Sequence record: PV158447.1
Length of the DNA stretch: 64,000 nucleotides
Reading direction: 5' to 3' (one strand)
The position numbers were made by a program, and so were the translations under genes. Within the stretch, counting starts at the first letter, position 1, and each line of letters begins with the position of its first letter. This document shows, in pieces, positions 48,301 to 56,769 of the stretch. The notes beneath the pieces were generated by a model, which was given only the letters and a program-made list of their open reading frames with translations, was not told where the DNA came from and ran no database searches.

Positions 48301-48472
48301 TACCTATATCGATACCAGTGACACGATCCCTCAGATCGTTTCCACCTTCGTCCTTGCGCGGAGTAAGAACGGTCCTGTTGGAGTAGTAACTGAATGGTCT
48401 ACCAATGACTTCGTCTATGACTCCAAGGTTGCCGAAGCGGTAATTAACCATATCTTCAAAGATCAAGCCTAA
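45368..48472 (+). CDS. Large hypothetical protein (about 1034 aa) with two CxCxxC motifs
   Basis: GGAG RBS before ATG 45368; CQCPSC and CDCERC motifs; high-expression codons; terminator at 48483-48508. Confidence 0.8.
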   Translation: MNKLPALVLNILAQFVNNREIYPRKAYADKDFGSPEAMFDHLCRSVSTPQTSLIKNHSHPEIWDLIQKSKNEQCDSSILFEFLSEVLYTAEISDQSKEMIYSEILDFIHTYASFYDGHLYFQYYKPNKYKLHSVDLFQTLDKHCGISQSEEVALKDTIEELWDNYGAGLFTLLDEYIKPDDIRPEDPTKWIEFTSKLIKRAAIQYVDKEPKKEETAPEQFDVKGVRDECMIHPAHHALANHEMDIGYREQILDIMRKTPLEVLESGLFDSGIIRKIKTAGSPALQYTVLSNEFHHKFGRYAKMEEKKKELPTFDCGPTLEHLAQKGLTPAKGFGGRHYDEPMVTDEDVLKSLIHFPALFDLVKCTWPAAANTKILTVNDFVDMYNNMSDKDLAKHLIVRCTNLCNRYNTHISKFKDLEEYRLFVAEKAKEKAGKIPGPVVVTPVFKQETHEQREAKMKEQSKINVFRSFLRFMQNELTDDAVSDLNTAMEILEGEFTTPEFWEFMDKYAPTGMRYMMMGDGMDQDLVFHVEALFSAHRMQAIRGDKFDLSPQFDNKDMPQCQCPSCKADLEDRMANLVSEAMTDELHTRMKKGDLGKDQKAEQMAQELMSSFASELTALAANMFGPRPGPGVSTLAEVTKDLPKSWREFEKQKLDKAFDELIATITKTPIKIELDEDVVMAKRRDLRKGSFLDVKLPLPVCDCERCKAEGRGSEVVNNAIDEISKMMEEMLEPTKGFNPGFLKANDPDFRNALFGAMSSELSERLNYRDIYFLDSIMEPGMVQEKEKNPMKILKGRELVLGEGGRDGRFFMFDPATNFNRLAVVMGIQNGSLLKFDTSTKKLDSLADKIIAGEVDYQESLRELQDIGERHIAEVSIKDLLLVIAKKQGVIDIEKITFDAMSPNDFGSILKYKISLIRQFKADVKLERSKKKLEILRKEMIDAIKMGIASAQKTFMTSDIKSVVETIKLDKGNFAGTLSTYIDTSDTIPQIVSTFVLARSKNGPVGVVTEWSTNDFVYDSKVAEAVINHIFKDQA

Positions 48473-48482
48473 CCAAGTATCA

Positions 48483-48508
48483 ACCAGGGACCTTTAGAGG
48501 TCCCTGGT
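48483..48508 (+). terminator. Intrinsic terminator
   Basis: ACCAGGGACCT-TTAG-AGGTCCCTGGT followed by a T-tract. Confidence 0.8.
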
Positions 48509-48525
48509 TATCTTTTTTTATTCTT

Positions 48526-48559
48526 TCTATATTTTTTCAAATAGATATTATTCTAATGT
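48526..48559 (+). promoter_or_regulatory. Putative early promoter
   Basis: TCTATATTTTTTCAAATAGATATTATTCTAATG. Confidence 0.68.
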
Positions 48560-48580
48560 TACAACTTGGAGAATTTATTT

Positions 48581-48967
48581 ATGGACTTTAAGAAGTTGGT
48601 CGTAGATATTTTCTCAGCTGGACTATTGTCGGAGCGAGATAAAAGTTATCCTAACGTCTACTACATCAAACACATGGACAATGGGGAACGAATTAACTAT
48701 TTCGGGACATTCCGTTATCGACTAGATAAAAAGAATGTACTCCTGGTTGGATTCCAGATTCATTTAGGGATGACAGGCAAAAATGTTCAGGTGAGAATTT
48801 CGCACATCATCCCCTATGGAAGAGGTTATACCAAAACTATCTTCAAGAAGGGATTTGAAATGAAGTTCAAGACAATGCTCGAGATCCTTCAGGGAGAACC
48901 GAGTACAGTACTGGCAGAAGTGATAAACAAGGCAATAGGAACTTTCAATGAGCACAAATCGTTCTGA
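48581..48967 (+). CDS. Hypothetical early protein
   Basis: ORF 48566-48967; ATG 48581 after GGAG. Confidence 0.68.
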   Translation: MDFKKLVVDIFSAGLLSERDKSYPNVYYIKHMDNGERINYFGTFRYRLDKKNVLLVGFQIHLGMTGKNVQVRISHIIPYGRGYTKTIFKKGFEMKFKTMLEILQGEPSTVLAEVINKAIGTFNEHKSF

Positions 48968-49343
48968 TGTGGTACGTAGCGTGGTTCAGTCCCAGGTTAA
49001 CGAGTTTCTGGAACTCATGGGAAATAAACGGTTTCCTATTCTGTTTGAAACCAAAGATCAATTCAGCTTCTCTTTCAAAGTCAATGGTACTGGAGAGAAA
49101 TTCCAGGTTGCAATCGAAGGGTTGCAAGTGGACCAGGGTAAATTTATTCTCTACATCACCACGTGTTTCCGTACTGACGACAAGTTCCAAGGAGAGTTCC
49201 AAATCGACGGGGTTCCATTGGGTCACGTTTATCAAACGGAATATGCATTGAGCGAAGTAGAATCAGAAGAAGATCTCTACACCACCATTTATCAACAAAT
49301 TCGGGACAGCCTTTCCGAACATCTGGACAGACATCTCATGTAA
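48948..49343 (+). CDS. Hypothetical protein (131 aa)
   Basis: AGGAA RBS. Confidence 0.68.
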   Translation: MSTNRSDVVRSVVQSQVNEFLELMGNKRFPILFETKDQFSFSFKVNGTGEKFQVAIEGLQVDQGKFILYITTCFRTDDKFQGEFQIDGVPLGHVYQTEYALSEVESEEDLYTTIYQQIRDSLSEHLDRHLM

Positions 49344-49459
49344 TACACCTAGAACGTTCTAGGTTGAATTCTTTTAACTTCAACTACCAGTTGAATACTT
49401 TAGTAAACAAAGGCCCTCATAACGCATTACGTGCGTTTTAATAACATTAAGGAATAAAA

Positions 49460-50410
49460 ATGAAAGACTTCAATATCTTTGCTTGTGGCGGTTGCGGTAT
49501 CGATAACCTGACCAACTATATGAACACCGGTAAACAGTCCAAGTTCGTTGACCAAGTAGTCGCCCTGGATTTCTCCCGTGCCACCAAGGTTCCTGATAAC
49601 TTGTTCGAAGTGGTTTGCCCTGATGACACTGAAGGTTCTGGTTCCAACAAAGCAACTAACGTTGAAAAGGTACCCGATCTGATCAAACGTGCTTTGTCCA
49701 AAGTTCAGCCTAACAAACTGAACATCGTGATCTCTTCCGCTTCCGGTGGTTCTGGTGCGGTTATTGCCCCGTACCTGATTCGTGAGTTGATCGAGAAGGG
49801 TTATCCTGTTCTGACCTTCCTGGTAGGTGACATGACCTCTATCAAGGAAATGAACAACACTGTGGGAACTCTGCGCTCATTGGATGCTCGTGTTGCCATG
49901 ATGAACGCACCTATCCTGTTCTGTTACCGCGCCAACACCCACCAAAACACGCAAGGTGCGGTTAATAAGGAAATCACAGCGGCGATCGATTCCGCACTGA
50001 TCATGTTCAACCTGACCAACAACCGTATCGACTACGCTGACGTGAAGAACTTCTTCTTCTTTAACAAAGTAGTAGATGCCGACCCAATCCTGACCCAGCT
50101 GGTGTTCTCCGATCATCAACAGTTGGCAGAATACAAACGTCGTCCTGTTGCAGCACTGTCTCTGTTCAGTGATGTGGACGAGATCACTACTCCGTTTGAA
50201 AATCTGCTCTACCGTAAAGCCGGTATTTTCAGTGAACACACCAAAGGTTACGTGGGCGGTCTTCACGCCATCCTGGATCACGGCTCCACTGTTGGTGAGG
50301 TAGAAGCAATGATCAAAGAGCAAGAGACCAAGCTTAGCTCTCTGGCCGGTAGTTTCAAGTCCGAGAAGAAAGTCTCGGTAGGTGCTACTGAGTCTGGCGA
50401 CTTCTTATAA
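49460..50410 (+). CDS. phuZ: PhuZ tubulin (spindle protein)
   Basis: FACGGCG (T1), GSG (T3) and SASGGSG (T4 tubulin signature), IDYAD (T7); 316 aa. Confidence 0.93.
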   Translation: MKDFNIFACGGCGIDNLTNYMNTGKQSKFVDQVVALDFSRATKVPDNLFEVVCPDDTEGSGSNKATNVEKVPDLIKRALSKVQPNKLNIVISSASGGSGAVIAPYLIRELIEKGYPVLTFLVGDMTSIKEMNNTVGTLRSLDARVAMMNAPILFCYRANTHQNTQGAVNKEITAAIDSALIMFNLTNNRIDYADVKNFFFFNKVVDADPILTQLVFSDHQQLAEYKRRPVAALSLFSDVDEITTPFENLLYRKAGIFSEHTKGYVGGLHAILDHGSTVGEVEAMIKEQETKLSSLAGSFKSEKKVSVGATESGDFL

Positions 50411-50420
50411 AGTCAAAGGA

Positions 50421-50440
50421 GGGAGAGGGCAACCTCTCCC
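50421..50440 (+). terminator. Stem-loop (GCAA loop)
   Basis: GGGAGAGG-GCAA-CCTCTCCC followed by TTT. Confidence 0.7.
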
Positions 50441-50449
50441 TTTACAACT

Positions 50450-50728
50450 ATGCGATTGATTTTTAATTTAGCTTCACACGTACATGCTTTTGGAATGTTG
50501 TCAGAATGTCCAAGTTCTATTGGTTATTCTGTTCTCCAAGATGCTTGTTTGGATAACGGCATTCCATTACCCCCATCCTCTTTTGATCGGAATATCTCTT
50601 TCCATCATACCGCAGTTTATGAGTTGATTAAAAACGAAGTGGACGAGAAACTTCTTACCGTCCCCACCCCTGAACACGCAGTCCTGACTCACCTCGGTAG
50701 TCTGCGGTTCACTCTCGACCTTTACTAA
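50450..50728 (+). CDS. Hypothetical protein (92 aa)
   Basis: ORF fills the gap after phuZ; weak RBS. Confidence 0.5.
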   Translation: MRLIFNLASHVHAFGMLSECPSSIGYSVLQDACLDNGIPLPPSSFDRNISFHHTAVYELIKNEVDEKLLTVPTPEHAVLTHLGSLRFTLDLY

Positions 50729-50740
50729 CGGAATAACGAC

Positions 50741-51220
50741 ATGTACCTGCTTGATTACAATGCCCTCAAATCTCACGTAGTCCTCTCTCGGTCTATGTAC
50801 AGTTTTGAAGAAGCAACTGACCATGACAAAGTCACGTTCTATTTGAAGATATGTTTGTCAATCATTGAACATGTTATCAACGCTAAAACAAGACAGTTTG
50901 AAGATGAATTTATCGTTCATGTGGAATCTGTCTATAACGACCCCCATGTTTTTGAAATGGGCCAGTTCCTCATTCCCATCATCAAAGAAATCAAAATGGA
51001 TTTCTCGATGAAAGGTCACGACCCACGTCTCTATTACAAACTGAGAGAATTGAAACGAGGGATCTACACTCAGTACATCATTCAAATGGACCTGGAACGT
51101 ACCTTTGTAGACTTCAAACCCCACGAAGAGAAAGAACCCATCGATGAAATAGTGTCCGACAATCCCGATCAGGACGTGATTAACCGCCTATTGGAAACAC
51201 AGATTCATCCAGGGAGGTAA
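50741..51220 (+). CDS. Conserved chimallivirus hypothetical protein
   Basis: Position in the phuZ-to-DNA polymerase core block. Confidence 0.65.
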   Translation: MYLLDYNALKSHVVLSRSMYSFEEATDHDKVTFYLKICLSIIEHVINAKTRQFEDEFIVHVESVYNDPHVFEMGQFLIPIIKEIKMDFSMKGHDPRLYYKLRELKRGIYTQYIIQMDLERTFVDFKPHEEKEPIDEIVSDNPDQDVINRLLETQIHPGR

Positions 51221-51221
51221 C

Positions 51222-51656
51222 ATGGAACAACCTGTTGTGGTGAACTTCGTTACTTTCCATAGTTTCATTGAAGAGGCAATCAGAGAGAAATCGATGTACG
51301 CTGACTTGATGATTAACGAATCAGATGTACCTTTCATCAAGCAAGTTCTCCAAACTTATCTGATCAGGAAGGTAGGTTGTTTTGATCTTCGCGGATATGT
51401 TAGAGAAGGAACGATTTCCCATTGGTTCAGTACCGAAGTGATGGATGAGTTTGATGACCTGTATCTCCAATTCAGGGATTACCTCAGGACAGTCGGAATA
51501 GACCCTAACGGAAACTATATCCTGATGCGTTATTTAGACCAAGACAATTTCATCCTTTATGAAGGGACAGTTAATGACCCAAAACTACTCAGTGCTGATC
51601 ACTCCTCTTACGAATACGATTGCTCGCTACCAGTTGAATGCGACCCGTTTCTTTGA
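51222..51656 (+). CDS. Conserved chimallivirus hypothetical protein
   Basis: GGAGGT RBS; core block. Confidence 0.68.
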   Translation: MEQPVVVNFVTFHSFIEEAIREKSMYADLMINESDVPFIKQVLQTYLIRKVGCFDLRGYVREGTISHWFSTEVMDEFDDLYLQFRDYLRTVGIDPNGNYILMRYLDQDNFILYEGTVNDPKLLSADHSSYEYDCSLPVECDPFL

Positions 51657-51867
51657 GGCGGTGAACAACTATCTGAAAACCGGGTCTGAAACTACTTATC
51701 GTATTGAATTGGAACAACTCGACCCAGTCTATAGTGCGATCATAGCAATGGAAACTGTTCCATACATAGAGGATCTGATCACAGATATTGAATCCACTGA
51801 TAATCTGAAAGGTTTCTTTTTAACAGATACCCAACTTATTTTAGTGGGAGGAGAAAAATCATGTTGA
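51559..51867 (+). CDS. Hypothetical protein
   Basis: Core block; start uncertain (possibly 51574). Confidence 0.55.
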   Translation: MKGQLMTQNYSVLITPLTNTIARYQLNATRFFEAVNNYLKTGSETTYRIELEQLDPVYSAIIAMETVPYIEDLITDIESTDNLKGFFLTDTQLILVGGEKSC

Positions 51868-52178
51868 CACTTGCGCAAGGTTCTGTGCCCCGTGGTATAT
51901 TTACTCACACCGTTGCATTTCCTGGACTCGCTACGGAGACAATGATCGGGGCAGTGGGTCTACTCCTTTCTGCCTGTGGAGTAAATCACCAAATACCATT
52001 TGATCCCAATACCACCACCGGGATCACTACTGGGAACGAATCGATTGATTCAGCGAATGGGTATCGTTACTTCGATCTCAAGAACAAACTGATCGAATTC
52101 ACCCGTGAGTTTACTCGAGTGGATTGTGTAGCACAAATCGCTGGTAATGGCGTTCGTTTAGAATTCCATTGCTATTAA
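51861..52178 (+). CDS. Hypothetical protein (105 aa)
   Basis: GGAGGAG RBS. Confidence 0.68.
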   Translation: MLTLAQGSVPRGIFTHTVAFPGLATETMIGAVGLLLSACGVNHQIPFDPNTTTGITTGNESIDSANGYRYFDLKNKLIEFTREFTRVDCVAQIAGNGVRLEFHCY

Positions 52179-52188
52179 GGAGAAAACG

Positions 52189-52806
52189 ATGTGGGTCAAA
52201 CTCAATGCGTTTGATTACAATAGCATAATTGAAACCATTATGCGAGAGAAAGGGTTTGACGATGTTCCCAAGGATCTCACCATTGGAAATCTGAAGAATA
52301 TTTTTGAAACTGTTATCAAGATTAAGAAACATCGTGATAACGTTCAAAGTGTTTATTCAGAAATGGCTGAAATCCTGCTTGGGTTGTCCGTGGGGCATTT
52401 CCAAGAACATTCTGATGTAGATGGTGCCAGTCGGGAACTGGAATTCATTAAAGGACTCCAGGACGCTGTCTATGATCCTAATTGGAAAGAGGGCCCTTAT
52501 TCAGAAGTAATCGCTATTTTCGCTGATGACTATGTACAAGCTCCGGATGGAGCGTTGGACATCGAACCAGAAGAAATGATGTTGATCATGAGTAAGATCG
52601 ATCAGTATATCTACGGAGAGGGCAACGAGTTTGATCTCTCAGACGTACTGATCGAAAGGGAACTCTCTTCCATGCTCTCCGTCGAAGAGTGGAAGTACCA
52701 AATTAAGGTCTACGATATCCCTGGTGCGTCAGTAAAGTACCGAGATCTTTTGATCACATTTCCGCTGATTATTTTAGAGGTCGAGGAGAAAAATGGATAT
52801 CAATGA
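52189..52806 (+). CDS. Acidic hypothetical protein (205 aa)
   Basis: AAGGAG RBS. Confidence 0.7.
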   Translation: MWVKLNAFDYNSIIETIMREKGFDDVPKDLTIGNLKNIFETVIKIKKHRDNVQSVYSEMAEILLGLSVGHFQEHSDVDGASRELEFIKGLQDAVYDPNWKEGPYSEVIAIFADDYVQAPDGALDIEPEEMMLIMSKIDQYIYGEGNEFDLSDVLIERELSSMLSVEEWKYQIKVYDIPGASVKYRDLLITFPLIILEVEEKNGYQ

Positions 52807-53221
52807 ACTGAAGAAGGGAGATACGATTAACTTCGACATGATCTCCCCTGGAATCATGGGGTCGCAATACAAATCTGTTTACGTAGCAGGTGCGGATGTT
52901 TCTTATGAAGCAGCTGCGGCTATTGATAATGAAGTGAACGTGAAACACCGTAACTTCTACCCGTTTTTTAAAGCTGTCGTGAACAACATTGACGATCCTC
53001 GGAGTTACGGGTATCTGTTGATCAAACCAGATGCGGGTAGTAATGAACTCTTTGTTATCGGTATTCCCTGGATCGCTCCAGAAACACTTCAGGTAACAAA
53101 AGGTCGAACCGCCACTATTCAGATCAACAACTGGCAACAGCGATTTGAAGCACCGATGAAAGACTTTCTGAATAACCTCGGAGCGAGTTACACTATCCAG
53201 GTTACTGATAAGACAACTTAA
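52793..53221 (+). CDS. Conserved hypothetical protein (142 aa)
   Basis: GAGGAG RBS; immediately upstream of the DNA polymerase, as in phiKZ-like phages. Confidence 0.7.
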   Translation: MDINELKKGDTINFDMISPGIMGSQYKSVYVAGADVSYEAAAAIDNEVNVKHRNFYPFFKAVVNNIDDPRSYGYLLIKPDAGSNELFVIGIPWIAPETLQVTKGRTATIQINNWQQRFEAPMKDFLNNLGASYTIQVTDKTT

Positions 53222-53297
53222 TGAAACCATACTGAGTCTGCCATTGGGTAGACTCAGTATCTTCAATTATTTGTTTTATTTTCCAGAAGGGAACAAC

Positions 53298-55358
53298 ATG
53301 TCAGAACAGAACCCGTTCCTGTCTAAGGAATACACCTCTGACCGGGGAATCATTAAGCACTCCATTGATCAATATGTTGATGTGGTGAGTAGAACACAAG
53401 GGATCTCCAAAGAAGAAGCCAGAGAGATCATTGTCACCTACTTCAAAAATAAGAAAGAAGAATACAAATCCAGAAAAGCAAAGATCATCATTAAGAATAA
53501 ACATGGTGATCGTTCTGTTAAAGTAGTGCCATTGGGTAGTGTATTGAAACACGTCCAAGATAAGAACTACCATTTTTCTCCAAGTATGATTGCATACACC
53601 AACGCTGATGTGGAAGAATGCATTAACAGTATTGGTACTCGCGACTTCATTGCCAACCGGAAACACTATAAAGATTTACGCCAGGCCAACCCAAAGGGTT
53701 CTGAGCTTTATTCCAAGTACCATGAACTTCAGAACGCTTTTAAGATCTTTAACAACGCCCAGTCTGGCGCCATGTCCTCCGAAGGGACACCAATCAACAA
53801 CAAAACTGGTCATACGACGCTCACTTCCACCACCCGTTGTTTGACGTCTACCGCTAACTTGGTGAACGAACAGTTCATTGCAGGTAACCGGTTCTACAAT
53901 ACGCCAGAGAACACTCTTCAGGCAATCGCAGCTCGGATTCAGGTTTCTGATATGGAAGCCATTGATAAAGTCATGATGCGGTTGAAACTTTATTATCCCT
54001 GTGCTGATGACGTCATGGAGATGGTGAGACGTTGTTCTCGTCGGTATTGGGATTCTGATTTAGCAATGAAGAAGATCGAACTCTATGTTTCGACTCTTCG
54101 ACCTGTTGAATTAGCAGCAGTGCTTTATAACCTGGACTTGGTTAACTTGTTCCGGTATAACAAAGAACAAATATCCACGTTCTTTGATAAGTTCTGTAGT
54201 ACCGACATCTCTAAGCAAACAGAACAAGTCAGACCTAATAACGGTGACAGATATGTATTGTGCCTTTCCAAACTTCCAAAGGAACCACCTAAGGAAGATC
54301 TGGAGAAACTCAATGCTTGTCATATGGAAGTGGAAAAGGAATACGATGATTTCATCAAAGTGTTCTTTAAGTCCAGTATTCCACCCAGTGGTTTGTTTGA
54401 TGTCATTTCTGCTGTTCGTGATGTCGTTCTGACGTCAGATACAGACTCTTCCATTTATACAGTGGATGAGATGATCGATAACTACACCAATGACCAACAT
54501 CAAGGTGAAATGCTGAACGCGGTATTGACTTACTTCATTCGGATGATCTCTATCGATCAACATGCTCAATTGTCAGCCAACATGAACGTGGCTCCGAGAA
54601 ACATGTTCTTACTCAACATGAAGAACGAGTACTACTTCGGCGCTTACGTCACAACTGACATGTCAAAACACTACTATGCTTCTCAGCGAATGGTAGAGGG
54701 TGTGAAGAACGATGAACCCGACATGGAGATTAAAGGTGTCCACTTGAAGTCTTCTAAAGTAGCAGCTTCTATTCGAGAGTATGCTCAGCATCTGATGGAA
54801 GAAACGATCTTTGCTGTTGAAGAACGTCGTAAGTTAGACCCTGCTCAGTTGTTGTTTGAAATCGCAGAACTGGAACGAGGTGTGATCAACGACATTCAGA
54901 ATGGGAAATGGCATTGGCTCTCCAGAGAGAACGTGAAAGGTGCAGAATCTTACACCAACCCAATGTCTGAAAAATACCAACATCATTCATTCTGGGAAGA
55001 GGTCTTTGCCGAGAAATACGGCAATGCCCCAGAGCTTCCTTATTCTTCAATCAAGTTCTCCGTAGATCTTTCCAGTAAGAGCAAGCTCAATGCCTGGTTA
55101 GACTCTATTGAAGATGAGGTGATTAAACAGAAAGCAAAAGAATGGTTCATCATTCACGGTAAAGACAAGATGTCTAACTTGTTCGTGCCAATGGAGCGTC
55201 TCCAGAACCTTGGAGGAATTCCGTTAGAATATAAACCAGTAATTGACTATCGGACTGTTATTAAGCAGAACTTTAAGTCTATCTATTCCGTACTGCATTC
55301 CACTGGTCTGTATTACGTAAACGACAAAATCAGTCGTTTGGTTTCTGATGAACACTAA
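53298..55358 (+). CDS. DNA polymerase subunit (split family B, phiKZ gp50-like)
   Basis: KIFNNAQSG (motif B variant), TSDTDS (motif C), YFGAY...KHY and IKGVHLK; no exonuclease motifs seen. ATG 53298 preferred over TTG 53244. Confidence 0.85.
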   Translation: MSEQNPFLSKEYTSDRGIIKHSIDQYVDVVSRTQGISKEEAREIIVTYFKNKKEEYKSRKAKIIIKNKHGDRSVKVVPLGSVLKHVQDKNYHFSPSMIAYTNADVEECINSIGTRDFIANRKHYKDLRQANPKGSELYSKYHELQNAFKIFNNAQSGAMSSEGTPINNKTGHTTLTSTTRCLTSTANLVNEQFIAGNRFYNTPENTLQAIAARIQVSDMEAIDKVMMRLKLYYPCADDVMEMVRRCSRRYWDSDLAMKKIELYVSTLRPVELAAVLYNLDLVNLFRYNKEQISTFFDKFCSTDISKQTEQVRPNNGDRYVLCLSKLPKEPPKEDLEKLNACHMEVEKEYDDFIKVFFKSSIPPSGLFDVISAVRDVVLTSDTDSSIYTVDEMIDNYTNDQHQGEMLNAVLTYFIRMISIDQHAQLSANMNVAPRNMFLLNMKNEYYFGAYVTTDMSKHYYASQRMVEGVKNDEPDMEIKGVHLKSSKVAASIREYAQHLMEETIFAVEERRKLDPAQLLFEIAELERGVINDIQNGKWHWLSRENVKGAESYTNPMSEKYQHHSFWEEVFAEKYGNAPELPYSSIKFSVDLSSKSKLNAWLDSIEDEVIKQKAKEWFIIHGKDKMSNLFVPMERLQNLGGIPLEYKPVIDYRTVIKQNFKSIYSVLHSTGLYYVNDKISRLVSDEH

Positions 55359-55383
55359 GTAATATTATGCCAAGATTGGCACA

Positions 55384-55411
55384 CCCTCACCCTCCGCTAG
55401 GAGGGTGAGGG
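55384..55411. terminator. Bidirectional terminator
   Basis: CCCTCACCCTCC-GCTA-GGAGGGTGAGGG between convergent genes. Confidence 0.8.
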
Positions 55412-55425
55412 ATTACCCTTTTATC

Positions 55426-56508
55426 TTATCTATTTTTGACTTCTTTCCAGAGTTCCAAGTAGAACTTTTTCCAATAAGGATCAAGGATTTGATTACCATT
55501 GAAATTCTCATTGATCCTGAAGAAGACTTCTAGCGAACTCTCCTCCATTCCATCTTCGTAACCCAAGAAGTCCTGATACTTCAGTAATCCGTTCATCCAG
55601 TACAAACTAGAAAGAGTGTAGACCCAAGCCAATTGGACAAACATCATTGTTTTGGGATGAAATGGAACAATGGTTTCCGGAATCGACATGCCAGAGTAAA
55701 TGGGACTGAACAACGTTGTGTATTCAGAGAAGTTCTTAACCCCATTGACCTTAAGGTATCGAAGTAACCAAGAACAATAACTGTCAAGTCGCTCTGTATA
55801 AGACTCCATTGCAAACCCAGCAGATTGGACTTCAACTTTAACACCTTCGGAAACAAGATTAAAGAGAACAACATTGTTATGTTCACGATAGAACTTAATC
55901 AGTTCCAAAAAACAATAGTGATGTGGAGAAAGCCCAACGTTGATCCCATTCTGAATACGATGTTTCAAGTAAAACCAATAACCCGCAGCCAGTTTAATAG
56001 GATCTAACTCAACAACGGAGTAGGTGTCATTAGGAAGCGTCCTAGAAACGGCGTCAGTCAATTCCTTTGGGTTCCAGTAGTGTTTGGTCCCGGTGGTCAT
56101 GATCGTTCTCAGAGCACTTCCCGTTTCCCCCTTATCGAAGTCATAAACAGTTTCTTCATAAGGAGTAACAATCAATGTCCGATGATTACTCTCCGGGAAC
56201 AAAGTCAAAGAGAAGTCCTTTCCCCTATTATAAATAGAGGTGAATTTAACTTGACTTGCAACCTTCCGAATGTTCAATTCCAAGTTTAACTTCAACGTAT
56301 CAACATCCCAAGTGGGGTCGATAGAGAGTTGGAGTAGAAACTGAACTAACGGATTCTGGTTGGGAAGTACAATGTTACCCATGCTGTAATGTTCTAGACA
56401 CTTATCAAAGTTTCTGTCTAGGATCTTCCTTAACGTACCTAACGGCGGAAACGCTGGAAGTGCTCTAACAGGTCTCCCAGACTTAATGTGGTATTGTGCC
56501 ATTTCCAT
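55426..56508 (-). CDS. Conserved virion protein (phiKZ gp52-like position)
   Basis: Minus-strand gene between the DNA polymerase and chimallin, as in related phages. Confidence 0.55.
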   Translation of the reverse strand: MEMAQYHIKSGRPVRALPAFPPLGTLRKILDRNFDKCLEHYSMGNIVLPNQNPLVQFLLQLSIDPTWDVDTLKLNLELNIRKVASQVKFTSIYNRGKDFSLTLFPESNHRTLIVTPYEETVYDFDKGETGSALRTIMTTGTKHYWNPKELTDAVSRTLPNDTYSVVELDPIKLAAGYWFYLKHRIQNGINVGLSPHHYCFLELIKFYREHNNVVLFNLVSEGVKVEVQSAGFAMESYTERLDSYCSWLLRYLKVNGVKNFSEYTTLFSPIYSGMSIPETIVPFHPKTMMFVQLAWVYTLSSLYWMNGLLKYQDFLGYEDGMEESSLEVFFRINENFNGNQILDPYWKKFYLELWKEVKNR

Positions 56509-56660
56509 TACCCATATTTAAATAGTAAAGTATATTACTATTATATGTACAAAACTTCCTTACCTTATGGTAAGGAGTAAGCGGTAGATATACGTTCATT
56601 TTGAATTTATCCATACGATTTGAACGGAACTGTTCTGAAAAACCGCTAGATTTTTACAGG

Positions 56661-56693
56661 TCTATATTTTTTCAGACATATATAATTAACGTG
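56661..56693 (+). promoter_or_regulatory. Putative early promoter of chimallin
   Basis: 33-nt exact match to 4990-5022. Confidence 0.72.
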
Positions 56694-56769
56694 TAAGGCC
56701 AATGAGATATAATCAAAAGCTTTCATTTTAATTAGGAACAACGATAACCATAGTAAGGTAGGAAAAGAA

